64,000 nt of DNA from Candidatus Parvarchaeum sp. (lineage in GTDB: Archaea > Nanobdellota > Nanobdellia > Parvarchaeales > Parvarchaeaceae): the NCBI GenBank assembly GCA_049965555.1, contig JBMFWF010000002.1, forward strand, positions 21,857 to 85,856, given 5' to 3'. Positions within the stretch are counted from its first letter, which is position 1; the number at the start of each line of letters is the position of its first letter. Both the position numbers and the translations under genes were made by a program. This document shows, piece after piece, positions 46,521 to 55,969 of the stretch. The notes under the pieces are model-generated. The model searched no databases. It had not been told where the DNA came from and saw nothing but the letters and a program-made list of their open reading frames with translations.

Positions 46521-47995
46521 ATCTTTTTCACCCCGTAGTTCTTCAGCATATCTTTAACTGTTTCTGTGTCTATGCCCTCCTTTGACATCATGGATAAAAC
46601 AGCAAGATTCTTTGTGAGACCTATCTTTGGACCTTCTGGAGTTTCTACTGCACAGAATCTGCCGAACTGAGTCCCATGAAGGTCTCTTGCTCTATAATTC
46701 TCTCTATTCGAAGTAAGCAATGACTCTACCTTTCTTAAATGCGATATAGTTGATGGAAAGCTTCTTCTGTCCAGGTGCTGAGTTATACCGACTCTGCCGC
46801 CGACCCACTGGCCTGTTGCAAGCGCTGATCTTAATCTGGCAGTCAATTGATCAGAGGTAAATATGTATTTAGGGTCTGGTACTCTGTCTTTTCGTATCCC
46901 TCTTTCAAAATTATATTTAGCATCGTTTAGTATCTGCTTAAATATAAACCTGAAAAGCATGTCTAAGTTGTAGCTTTCAGCATGCAATCTTTTATTTGAG
47001 TAATGGTCTTTGTCAACCTCCTTTCCTTCTAATGCACTTTTTATCAAAAGGTTTGAAACATACATAAGGTACTCTGCCTTTATCTTTCTAGAGCTCTTAT
47101 CCCTTCCTAAAAATGGGAACAAGAGTGAGTCTATGTTCAACTCTGCAGTTTCTTTGGTATGAATCGAATGAAGCATTTTTCCTATAGTGTCTAGCGCATC
47201 ATTTTCTGATTCTATGTTAAAAGCAATAAGGTTCATGTCTACGGTGTTTATTATATCTTCATCGTCTTTTCCTATTTTTTTGATTATTTCATTTTCATTT
47301 GTAACTCCCAATGCTTTTATTAACGTAATGATTGGAACCCTTTTTAACTTACCAAAAGTTATATAGAGAAGATTACTACCAGAAATCTGAAGAGTATGCG
47401 GAACTTTTATTGCGTCTGCGTCTGCAAATATCTTTGCGCTAAATTTGAATCCCTCCTGGTTATCTTTAGAAATCAATATATTATTTGGAGCAAGGTCCTC
47501 TGTCGTTATTATTATCCTTTCAGTGCCGTTTATTATGAAATATCCCCCTGGGTCTGTCGGATCTTCTTTTGCTTCAGTCAATTCGCTTGCTGATAGCCCG
47601 TAAAGATTACAGTATTTCGATTTTACTACAATTGGCATACGGCCTATAAAAACTTCCTCATTTACAATTTCCCTGCCATCCGCTAGATATGAGACAGAAA
47701 GCATTAAAGGTGCATCATAAGTAAGGTCTCTGATCCTTGCTTCCATTGGATTAATCAATCTTACTATACTGTCTGCCTCTATTATGTCCGGCTTCCCAAT
47801 GGTTATCTTATTTATCTTTATCTTAAAATCTTCAACTCCTGCTGGCTTTATAACTGGCTCTATTAAACCCTCTGTTTCTATTATCTTGTTAAGGCCTTTC
47901 TCTATGAAATATTCAAATGAGGATATATGGTGTGCAGCTAAAGCAGTTGAACCTAACGCAGCTCTAAGCAATGCTTGATATGTATTTTTTTCCAT
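46517..47995 (-). CDS. rpoB2: RNA polymerase subunit B'' (Rpo2N, N-terminal part of split B)
   Basis: N-terminal B homology. 4-nt overlap with B'. Confidence 0.95.
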   Translation of the reverse strand: MEKNTYQALLRAALGSTALAAHHISSFEYFIEKGLNKIIETEGLIEPVIKPAGVEDFKIKINKITIGKPDIIEADSIVRLINPMEARIRDLTYDAPLMLSVSYLADGREIVNEEVFIGRMPIVVKSKYCNLYGLSASELTEAKEDPTDPGGYFIINGTERIIITTEDLAPNNILISKDNQEGFKFSAKIFADADAIKVPHTLQISGSNLLYITFGKLKRVPIITLIKALGVTNENEIIKKIGKDDEDIINTVDMNLIAFNIESENDALDTIGKMLHSIHTKETAELNIDSLLFPFLGRDKSSRKIKAEYLMYVSNLLIKSALEGKEVDKDHYSNKRLHAESYNLDMLFRFIFKQILNDAKYNFERGIRKDRVPDPKYIFTSDQLTARLRSALATGQWVGGRVGITQHLDRRSFPSTISHLRKVESLLTSNRENYRARDLHGTQFGRFCAVETPEGPKIGLTKNLAVLSMMSKEGIDTETVKDMLKNYGVKKI

Positions 47996-47996
47996 T

Positions 47997-48230
47997 TTAT
48001 TTCACCACCAATCTATAATAATTGTACTGGCCAGCAGTCTTGCTGTTGCGCTTTATTTCCAGAACATCTCCTTCCTTTGCATTCAAAAGCTTAACTGCAG
48101 GATCATTTGATTTTATCTTTGGCAAGTCCTTTATGACAATGTTGTATTTGCTCAGCAGTTTGTCAAGTTCCTCTTTGAGCATAATTCTATATTGCGGCGA
48201 TAAACGGCTATTAAATACATCGATATCCAA
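47997..48230 (-). CDS. rpoH: RNA polymerase subunit H (Rpo5)
   Basis: LPKIKSNDPAVKLLNAKEGDVLEIKRNSKTAGQYNYYRLV matches the RpoH consensus. Confidence 0.85.
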   Translation of the reverse strand: MDIDVFNSRLSPQYRIMLKEELDKLLSKYNIVIKDLPKIKSNDPAVKLLNAKEGDVLEIKRNSKTAGQYNYYRLVVK

Positions 48231-48244
48231 GGGGGGAACCTCTT

Positions 48245-48270
48245 AAGTATAATTTATAATTCTATTCTAT
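48245..48270 (-). promoter_or_regulatory. putative TATA/BRE promoter of the rpoH-rps7 operon
   Basis: AT-rich TATA-like element (ttataaatta on minus strand) ~25-35 nt upstream of the rpoH start. Confidence 0.3.
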
Positions 48271-48359
48271 AATACTTCTAGTATTTAAGCTTTTCTATTA
48301 CTAAATTATATGCTATCAATTCACATTCACTACTTTAAAAATATGAATATAGACAGAAA

Positions 48360-49124
48360 TTAACTGTTATTTAATGCACTTTTCATATTTTTATATATTG
48401 ATGACCTTTCTTTAAGATCATTAACATTTTTGTCTGCTATATTAAAAGCAGTATTGCTATAGCTTATAAGCCAGTATGAAAGCAAGATCGAATAAAATAA
48501 TGCGGAGTACAGCTCTGGAAGGTGAGCACTGCTAACTATATAAATGAAAGCAAAGAGCAGGACAAGGTATACAACAAATACAAATAATGATTCAAAACGA
48601 ATTTCCTTTGCTAGTCTTCTGCTGTTGAGCATTGCAGAGTGCAAAGTTGAGTTTCTGTATGTTGAGAAAAAATTGAAAAACATTAGTGAACTTCCATAGT
48701 ATATTCCAGGTATAACTAATGCGATCAAGCCTATAATGGATACAGCTGCTTGGATGAAAGTCGCTATTAAGAACTTTGGAAAAACATGTAATGAACTTTT
48801 AATAAAGGAGATTAATCTTAAATTGCTCGAAAATATATAGTACAGCTTGTAATAAAACAAAGCAGTCAAAGAAAAAACAATAAACAGGAATGAAAATACG
48901 AAAGTTGTCTCGCCTGCAATTATAGTAGTAGTTGGTGGAGTAAAAATAAAGCCTCCATTCAAAAATGCCCCTAACCCCAGATACTTAAAAATTACAAAAA
49001 ATCCCAAAAAAAAGATAACAAATGTTATCGAAAGAAATGCAAAAAATGAGCTAAGCTCTGACAATGATTTAAGGCCATAAACTAAACTTGACAAAGATGA
49101 ACTAAATCTACTTTGCTCTTTCAT
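48360..49124 (-). CDS. polytopic membrane protein, hypothetical
   Basis: ORF with ~6 hydrophobic segments. Confidence 0.4.
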   Translation of the reverse strand: MKEQSRFSSSLSSLVYGLKSLSELSSFFAFLSITFVIFFLGFFVIFKYLGLGAFLNGGFIFTPPTTTIIAGETTFVFSFLFIVFSLTALFYYKLYYIFSSNLRLISFIKSSLHVFPKFLIATFIQAAVSIIGLIALVIPGIYYGSSLMFFNFFSTYRNSTLHSAMLNSRRLAKEIRFESLFVFVVYLVLLFAFIYIVSSAHLPELYSALFYSILLSYWLISYSNTAFNIADKNVNDLKERSSIYKNMKSALNNS

Positions 49125-49133
49125 TATTATTAG

Positions 49134-49814
49134 TTATACAGCATAATTAATATCCTTATCCTGCGGCATTTTAAGCATTCTTTCTGCGTATTTTGATTTT
49201 AGCTTAAAACCACAATATTTGTAGACGGGGCATATGCCACACTTTGGAGAAACGGGCCTGCAAATCTCCCGTCCAAACTTTACAAAAGAATAATTTGTTG
49301 AAATTCTAAGATTTGCATCAAGAATGCTTTCAAGTACTTCTTCCGTTTTTGATGGTTTTGTGCCAACAGGAACTATGCCCAATCGCTGTGATATCCTGTT
49401 TACATGGGTATCCACAGCTATATAGGGCAGGTTAAAACCCCACTCTAATACAAGGCTTGCAACCTTTTCTCCAACACCCGGTATCTTCATCAGGTCCTTT
49501 TTATTAGAAGGAACATTTGAATTGAATTCTGTTATAAGAACCTTGCATGCTCTCTTCAAAAGTTTAGCTTTAACTCGGAAGAAACCAACGGGATAGATTA
49601 AATGTTCTATCTTTTTTGTCGGTAATTTTGCTATTTTTTCAGGGGTATCTGCGATAGCGAGTAGCCTTTTCTGCGCGGGAAAGGTAGTGGTGTCCTTTGT
49701 CCTAGTAGAAAGTATCCCGTGCACAAGTATCTCAAATGGGCTTGCTTTTCTTTCCTTTGTATAGTACTTTTGGCTTATTATTCTTACTGCCTTTACAAAA
49801 TTTTCTTTTTCCAC
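49134..49814 (-). CDS. nth: endonuclease III (HhH-GPD DNA glycosylase with 4Fe-4S cluster)
   Basis: HhH-GPD region and C-terminal CRPVSPKCGICPVYKYC cluster loop. Confidence 0.9.
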   Translation of the reverse strand: MEKENFVKAVRIISQKYYTKERKASPFEILVHGILSTRTKDTTTFPAQKRLLAIADTPEKIAKLPTKKIEHLIYPVGFFRVKAKLLKRACKVLITEFNSNVPSNKKDLMKIPGVGEKVASLVLEWGFNLPYIAVDTHVNRISQRLGIVPVGTKPSKTEEVLESILDANLRISTNYSFVKFGREICRPVSPKCGICPVYKYCGFKLKSKYAERMLKMPQDKDINYAV

Positions 49815-49940
49815 AAATTAAAGGGATGGCCTTGCAAATCCCAATATAATTAATCTGCAATTAACACCATAGACTTCCTTCCTACCCTTATCTAAACTTA
49901 CAATAATAAATAATTTAAGCACAAAAAGGATAGGGATTAA

Positions 49941-50261
49941 ATGAAATATCAAATAAAAAATGACGGCTTAAAGTATCTTACTGAGAAATATGACATTGAT
50001 TTTGACAGTATTATAGATAACATACGTGAAAAAAAATACGATAAAATAGCAATACAAATACCCGATGGCTTTAAATTGCATGCACTAGACATAGCAGACA
50101 TAATAAGCGAAAATTCAGGGGCAGAAGTATACATCTGGGGGGGAAGCGCCTATGGCGCATGCGACATCCCGATAGGCCTTGGAAAATTCGGAATAAAAGC
50201 AATTATACAATTTGGACATGCAAGATTCAGAGCTGATGAACTCAGAAGAAGCAGTGATTAA
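49941..50261 (+). CDS. dph2: diphthamide synthase Dph2, N-terminal domain 1 encoded as a separate gene
   Basis: KIAIQIPDGFKLHALDIADIISENSGAEVYIWGGSAYGACDI...IQFGHARF aligns to residues ~20-95 of Pyrococcus Dph2 (first conserved Cys in YGAC). Stop overlaps the rnhB start. Confidence 0.7.
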   Translation: MKYQIKNDGLKYLTEKYDIDFDSIIDNIREKKYDKIAIQIPDGFKLHALDIADIISENSGAEVYIWGGSAYGACDIPIGLGKFGIKAIIQFGHARFRADELRRSSD

Positions 50262-50918
50262 ATGATAACTATTGGTATAGATGAAGCCGGGAGAGGTCCT
50301 TTAATAGGCCCAATGATAATAGCCGGAATAGGCTTTAATGATGAAGTTGCCAAAAAATTCAAACTCATGGGTGTAAAGGACTCAAAGATGCTAAGCATTA
50401 AAAGGATATACCTTTTAGAAAGAGAGATAATTAAAACATCCAATAATTTTAAAGTGATTAAACTATCTGCCGAACAAATAGACAATAGATTTGCTGACGG
50501 AAAGAACTTAAATTATTTAGAACTTGATAACATGGCAGAAATAGCAAACTCGCTTGAAGGACAAACTGTCATAGTTGATTCCCCGAGCAGAAATACGACT
50601 AAAATAAGAGAGTATCTGATGAAAAAAATAAAGGATAAGAAGGTAATAGCAGAAAACTATGCAGACAAAAATCACGTTGAGGTGTCTGCTGCGTCTATAA
50701 TAGCGAAGGCAAATCGAGAGAGGGAAGTAGAAAAAATAAAAAAGGGGCTTGGTTATGATTTTGGAAGCGGCTATCCCTCAGATCCAAAGACAATGCAATT
50801 CATAAAGATTATAACCGAAAATGGCAGGATAACACAAGAGCCTTACAAAAGATTCATAAGGAAGACTTGGAGTACTGTCAAATACACAAATTTTAACACG
50901 CTAAACCTTTTTAGCTAA
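50262..50918 (+). CDS. rnhB: ribonuclease HII
   Basis: IGIDEAGRGPLIGPM motif and DSK motif. Confidence 0.9.
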   Translation: MITIGIDEAGRGPLIGPMIIAGIGFNDEVAKKFKLMGVKDSKMLSIKRIYLLEREIIKTSNNFKVIKLSAEQIDNRFADGKNLNYLELDNMAEIANSLEGQTVIVDSPSRNTTKIREYLMKKIKDKKVIAENYADKNHVEVSAASIIAKANREREVEKIKKGLGYDFGSGYPSDPKTMQFIKIITENGRITQEPYKRFIRKTWSTVKYTNFNTLNLFS

Positions 50919-51302
50919 ACTATCAATAAAGGCCTGAGGCAATTCCGCGGATTTCCAGAGGTTTTTGTCTATGCATATATGTAAAATATATCCCTCACAT
51001 ATCTGTTCTTCATTGCGCATTATACTAAAATCAAATCTCAATATCTTTTTTGACACTAAACTGACTTTAAGCAGCGTATTAAGTTTGTCGCCAAGCCTTG
51101 CAGACTTAAGATATTTAGCATTTGATTCCAACACGACCATCCACCTATTTTCATCTATAATTGGAAAACTATACCCTTTAGAATTTACGAATTCCTGCAT
51201 TGCATCGGTAAAAAACCGGTAGTAACCTGCGTAATGTACAACGCCCTGCGCGTCTGTATCATAGATCTTTACATCTTCATTAAAAGAATAGTCATACTCC
51301 AT
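50901..51302 (-). CDS. 4HBT/YbgC-like hot-dog acyl-CoA thioesterase
   Basis: YDTDAQGVVHYAGYYRFF. Confidence 0.75.
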   Translation of the reverse strand: MEYDYSFNEDVKIYDTDAQGVVHYAGYYRFFTDAMQEFVNSKGYSFPIIDENRWMVVLESNAKYLKSARLGDKLNTLLKVSLVSKKILRFDFSIMRNEEQICEGYILHICIDKNLWKSAELPQAFIDSLAKKV

Positions 51303-51304
51303 AT

Positions 51305-52330
51305 TTAGTATGGCATAAAGCTTTCTCCAAGACTTTGAAGAAGATCTGTTTGTCTTTCAAAGTAATCTCTAGCATTTTTGAATCTTTCAATTAAATTCCT
51401 TGCGACTGCATTTTTTAGATCGAGCGGATGTATTTTCTTTTCTGTGTATAACTTTATCATTTGTTCTGTAGATTCTATTGTTATGTCTCCTCCAAATTTC
51501 TTCTCCCTCTCTATTTTGAACTTACCATCATTCGGAATTATGAAAAAGTTAACTATCTGCACAATGAAATTATCTTCAATCACTCCTTCTGGACAGTAGC
51601 CATTCATTATTTTCCTCTTTATTGATTCTTCTGAATCGTATATCTTGATATTGCTTTCAGGTACAGATGAAGACATTTTTGTTCCTGGCCCGCGTATTGA
51701 TGCTATAAGAGGAGTAAGAACTTCCACTCTTTTTCTGTAGCCCAATTTCTCCAGGTATTCCCTGGCGTATGCAAAGATATGCCTTTGGTCCATCCCGCCA
51801 AGCTGTATATCTACATCCAGATATTCCTCATCTAAAGTCTGCATAAGCGGATAAATAATCTCGCTTACCTTTGGATTTTTCATCCTTGTAACTTCAGAAG
51901 CTGCATGCATTCCTTTCTCAACAGTAGTAAGCGTGGAAAGTTTTAACAGGTCTGAAACATACGGCTGGCTCAATTCAAAATCCGAGCCCCTTACAAATTC
52001 TGGCATTCTTTCCCAGTCAAATGCAAGCTCTATGCACTTCTTTGTGTAATCAACTCTTTTATCTAACTCTTCCCATTTTGATTTAAGATCATCCAATGCT
52101 GCATGTAAATCCGCTATTAATATTTTTGGATGTACGCCTGCTTTTTCAAAATCAAAAAGTTTGCCCAATGCAACCAGGTGGCCAAGATGTATCGATCCAG
52201 TAGGAGCCCGGCCTATGTAGACAGAAAGAGGTTTACCATCATCTAATAGATTTTTCAGTTCCTCAACAGTAATTATCTCAAGAGTATTCCTTTTTATTAA
52301 ATTCAGGCGCTCTTCAGTGTCCATAAACAT
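51305..52330 (-). CDS. tyrS: tyrosyl-tRNA synthetase (archaeal/eukaryal type)
   Basis: HIGH-type GSIHLGH and KMSKS-type KMSSS. Confidence 0.9.
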   Translation of the reverse strand: MFMDTEERLNLIKRNTLEIITVEELKNLLDDGKPLSVYIGRAPTGSIHLGHLVALGKLFDFEKAGVHPKILIADLHAALDDLKSKWEELDKRVDYTKKCIELAFDWERMPEFVRGSDFELSQPYVSDLLKLSTLTTVEKGMHAASEVTRMKNPKVSEIIYPLMQTLDEEYLDVDIQLGGMDQRHIFAYAREYLEKLGYRKRVEVLTPLIASIRGPGTKMSSSVPESNIKIYDSEESIKRKIMNGYCPEGVIEDNFIVQIVNFFIIPNDGKFKIEREKKFGGDITIESTEQMIKLYTEKKIHPLDLKNAVARNLIERFKNARDYFERQTDLLQSLGESFMPY

Positions 52331-52419
52331 ATATAATCAAATTAGGATATATATACATTATCAATAAAGTAATTGGTAATTGAGGTAAACTTTAATTTCC
52401 CGTAACAACAATAATAAAA

Positions 52420-53598
52420 ATGAAATTCATACATGTTGGAGATACGCATATAGGGCAAGTATACAAGAATGATACAAGAAATAACGACATAAAAGAAGCA
52501 TTCACACAGATGATTGATTATGCTGTATCTGAAAAAATAGATTTTATTGTACATTCAGGAGACCTTTTCGACTCTGGCAGCCCCCCTTTAGATTCGCTTT
52601 TGTTTGTAACTGATGAATTAAACCGGTTAAAAAACGCGGGCATACCTATGTTTATAATTCCAGGATCGCACGATGTTGGGATAGGGGAAGAAGAAAGCAT
52701 CATAGAACTTTTCCATAGAAACAAACTTCTTACAAATCTAAATTCTAAAAAGTACATCGAATTTGGAGAAAAGGTAGATCTTAAGGGAGAAACATATAAA
52801 GGAGCGTTTATATGCGGGGTAAAAGGAAAAAGAAGCAAAGTAGAAGATGAAATATTCAAAAAATTAGAAATAGAAATGGACAATTCTGCCATAATAAAGA
52901 TTTTCGCTTTCCACCACACCATCTCTTACCTTGGAGAAAAGTTTAAGGACCTTGAAACGGAAAGTCTGCCAAAAGGATTTGACTATTATGCTGCAGGTCA
53001 CTGGCATGGGCACAGGGAGGATATAAAATATGATAAAGGGATAATACAATACCCAGGTTCTCTCGAATATTGTGATGAAAAGGAAATTGTAGACAATCCG
53101 AATAGAGGCTTTTTTGTAGTATCATATGAAAAGGAGGGCATAAGCTCCATAGAATACAAAATAATAAAAACAAGAGCTAAACAAATTTTGAATTTAAATG
53201 CCGATGATAAAAAAGCTTCTGAATTAGAGAGTGAAGTAATTAACCAGCTAAGAAAAAACGATGGAGAAATATTGGTTATAAAACTAGAAGGAAAACTAGC
53301 CGATAAAGCATCCGAAGTTAATATTATAAAAATTAAAAAAATAGCGTATGAACTTGGATATTCTTATGTAAGCGTAAATAAATCGAAGCTAAATGACAAA
53401 GACACTGATATACAAGAAAACGAGATAAAAGCAAAGGAGCTATCCACAGTAGAATATGAATTTCTCAAGAAGAAGGGATATAATGAAAAAGAAATAAAGA
53501 TTGCAAGGTATTTAATAGATTCGCTCGGAGAAAATGCTGATAACATAAAAAAGGAGGTTGAAAATTTATTTTATTCATATGATAATCTCGAAAATTAA
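52420..53598 (+). CDS. mre11: DNA double-strand break repair nuclease Mre11
   Basis: HVGDTHIG, GDLFD and GSHD phosphoesterase motifs. Confidence 0.85.
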   Translation: MKFIHVGDTHIGQVYKNDTRNNDIKEAFTQMIDYAVSEKIDFIVHSGDLFDSGSPPLDSLLFVTDELNRLKNAGIPMFIIPGSHDVGIGEEESIIELFHRNKLLTNLNSKKYIEFGEKVDLKGETYKGAFICGVKGKRSKVEDEIFKKLEIEMDNSAIIKIFAFHHTISYLGEKFKDLETESLPKGFDYYAAGHWHGHREDIKYDKGIIQYPGSLEYCDEKEIVDNPNRGFFVVSYEKEGISSIEYKIIKTRAKQILNLNADDKKASELESEVINQLRKNDGEILVIKLEGKLADKASEVNIIKIKKIAYELGYSYVSVNKSKLNDKDTDIQENEIKAKELSTVEYEFLKKKGYNEKEIKIARYLIDSLGENADNIKKEVENLFYSYDNLEN

Positions 53599-55969
53599 GC
53601 TTGAAAACATCAGAAGTCATCAAAATACGGAGATATCATTTTCAGAGGGAATAAATGTAATAACTGGTAACACAGGCAGTGGCAAATCTTCAATATTAAT
53701 GTCAATAGAATATGCACTTTTTGGAAAGATAGGAGAAGGAAAAGAAGAAGGAAAAATGCTACTGAGAAGAAACTCTTCTGAGGGAGAAATCAGTATAACA
53801 ATAAAGAATGGCAGCGATGAATACGAGATAAGCAGAGGCTTAAAGAGGGTTAACGATTCCGTAAGAAACGACGATTCAAAAAACTATATAAACAAAAACA
53901 ATCGGCGTGTAGACCTCCAAAACAGGGCTTCTGACTTAAACTACTATGTAAACAAATTATTGAAGATTGAATCAGAAAACCCTCTTGAAACTTTTGAAAC
54001 TATAACATACATAAAACAAGATGAATTAAAAACACTGATATTTGAAACGGGCCAGTACAAACAAGAGTATATAGATGGTCTTTTGCAACTTAACAAGTAT
54101 CTAGATGTTTACGATAGCACAAAAGAGGTTATAAACAAAATAAAAAATGAGATAGAAATAGACAAAAAGGAACTAGAATTGAGCGTTGACCAAAATGAAA
54201 TAATAAAGGTAGAAAACAGGATAAATGAAAACCAAAACCGGATAAAGAGTCTAGAAGAAGAAGCAATAAACAACCAAATACTTCTAGATAACAAAAAGAT
54301 AGAAAAAACCCAGAAAGAAAGCGAACTGGAATTTGAAAGAGACAAGAAAATAAAATTTGAAAAAACTTTAACAGAAATAAAAATAAAGGAAAATGAAAAA
54401 TCCAAACTTGAACTTGAAAAAACGAGAATAGACGAGAAAATAAATGAAACCCGAAAAAACCTGAAGCAGATAGACAGATTAAAAAAAGATGAAATTGAGA
54501 AAATGATTAAAGATCTCGAAGAAAGCAAAAAAATACAGGATGAAAACGTTAAAAAACTGTATGAAAACTTCTTTCAAATAGAATATTCTTATAAAAAAGC
54601 ACAAGATGAGATTGATGAACTTAAAAAAGAAATAGAAAGCGAGAATAAAAATTTATATAAACTAAATCAAGAGCAAGAGGAATTTGAAAAGCAAATTAAA
54701 AACATAACTGAAATAGAAAACAAAGAAGAGCTTAATGGGAGAGTTCATGAATTAAACAACCTAATAAAAGACCTAGAAAAAGAATTGGCACAATCTATTG
54801 AATTAGGTATTTGCATTGTGTGCGGCAGTAAAATAAGTGATCAGACCCATATAAAAAAAGAATACTCAAGTAAGATAGACAGATACAAAAATGAGATAGA
54901 AAGATTAAAAGACATAGCAAGAAGCATAAAATATTCAAAAAGCGATCTTGAAAAAAATATCGGATTAAATAGAATGAAGATTGAAACTACAAGAAACAAC
55001 CTACTAAAACTTGAATCAAAACTGGAAGAGAATAAAAAAAGTGAAAAGGAAAAGGAATACTTGGATATAAAGGAAACTTACCAAAAAGAAAAACAAAAAC
55101 TAGAGAACATATCAATAGAACTTAATAAAGCAAGGGAAAGCCTTAAGCTATTACAAGAAGAAGAGAAAAAACTATTTGAAATTGAAAGCTATACAAACAG
55201 GATAGATGAAATAGATAAAGCAATAAACAATTATAAACAAGAGATAATACAATTGAATGCTAATTTATCCGAAATAAAATTCGATGATAAAAAATTAGAC
55301 GAAACTGAAAGTGAATTCAAGCTTATTTCTGAAGAATTAAACAAACTAAATTATAAGATTAGTGAGATAAAAAAGGAAGCGGAGCTAAGAAAAGCACAGT
55401 TTATAGCCGATAAAAATGAAAGAGAAGAACTGGAAAGAAAGGTCAAGAGAAAGGAAGAACTTTCAAAGATGCTCAGTAAAAAGGAAAGCCTCTTAAAAAC
55501 CATATCGAATTTAAGAGAAGATATTCGAGGGATAAGGGAATATGTCCGACTTCGTTTTATAAACGATTTCAGGTCTATTTTCAAAACGCGCTTTGAGGAA
55601 CTTAGAAATGAAGTGGATTACGACATAGACATAGACAACAATTATAATGTTATAATTGCTGCTGGAAACGAAAAGATGGATGCAAGGTCTTTATCAGGTG
55701 GAGAAAAAACTTCGGTAGCGATAGCATACAGACTAGCATTATCATCTCTGGCGTCTGTCCTTGGTGGCGTAGGAAAAAATGAGATTATAATAATGGATGA
55801 ACCGACATCTGGATTAGATAAAGAGGATATAAACGCGCTTACAAATGCAATAACTAAGATAACAGACTTAAAGCAAATAATAATAGTAACCCATGAAGAC
55901 AATATGAAAAACATTGCAGATAACGTGATAAAATTGAAAAAGGAATCGGGAGTGTCTTCTGTTTATTAA
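53558..55969 (+). CDS. rad50: DNA double-strand break repair ATPase Rad50
   Basis: Walker A GNTGSGKSS, long K/E coiled coil with CxxC zinc hook (CIVCG), signature LSGGEK, Walker B IIMDEP. Confidence 0.9.
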   Translation: MKIYFIHMIISKIKLENIRSHQNTEISFSEGINVITGNTGSGKSSILMSIEYALFGKIGEGKEEGKMLLRRNSSEGEISITIKNGSDEYEISRGLKRVNDSVRNDDSKNYINKNNRRVDLQNRASDLNYYVNKLLKIESENPLETFETITYIKQDELKTLIFETGQYKQEYIDGLLQLNKYLDVYDSTKEVINKIKNEIEIDKKELELSVDQNEIIKVENRINENQNRIKSLEEEAINNQILLDNKKIEKTQKESELEFERDKKIKFEKTLTEIKIKENEKSKLELEKTRIDEKINETRKNLKQIDRLKKDEIEKMIKDLEESKKIQDENVKKLYENFFQIEYSYKKAQDEIDELKKEIESENKNLYKLNQEQEEFEKQIKNITEIENKEELNGRVHELNNLIKDLEKELAQSIELGICIVCGSKISDQTHIKKEYSSKIDRYKNEIERLKDIARSIKYSKSDLEKNIGLNRMKIETTRNNLLKLESKLEENKKSEKEKEYLDIKETYQKEKQKLENISIELNKARESLKLLQEEEKKLFEIESYTNRIDEIDKAINNYKQEIIQLNANLSEIKFDDKKLDETESEFKLISEELNKLNYKISEIKKEAELRKAQFIADKNEREELERKVKRKEELSKMLSKKESLLKTISNLREDIRGIREYVRLRFINDFRSIFKTRFEELRNEVDYDIDIDNNYNVIIAAGNEKMDARSLSGGEKTSVAIAYRLALSSLASVLGGVGKNEIIIMDEPTSGLDKEDINALTNAITKITDLKQIIIVTHEDNMKNIADNVIKLKKESGVSSVY

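Noticed and set aside
54109-54528. 139-aa minus ORF inside rad50
   Set aside because: Antisense of the K/E-rich coiled-coil coding region gives an F/S/L-rich artefact.
53600-55900. Highly repetitive AAA/GAA-rich stretch that might be mistaken for a DNA repeat or CRISPR-like array
   Set aside because: It is the lysine/glutamate-rich coiled coil of Rad50. No regular direct repeats with unique spacers anywhere in the window.
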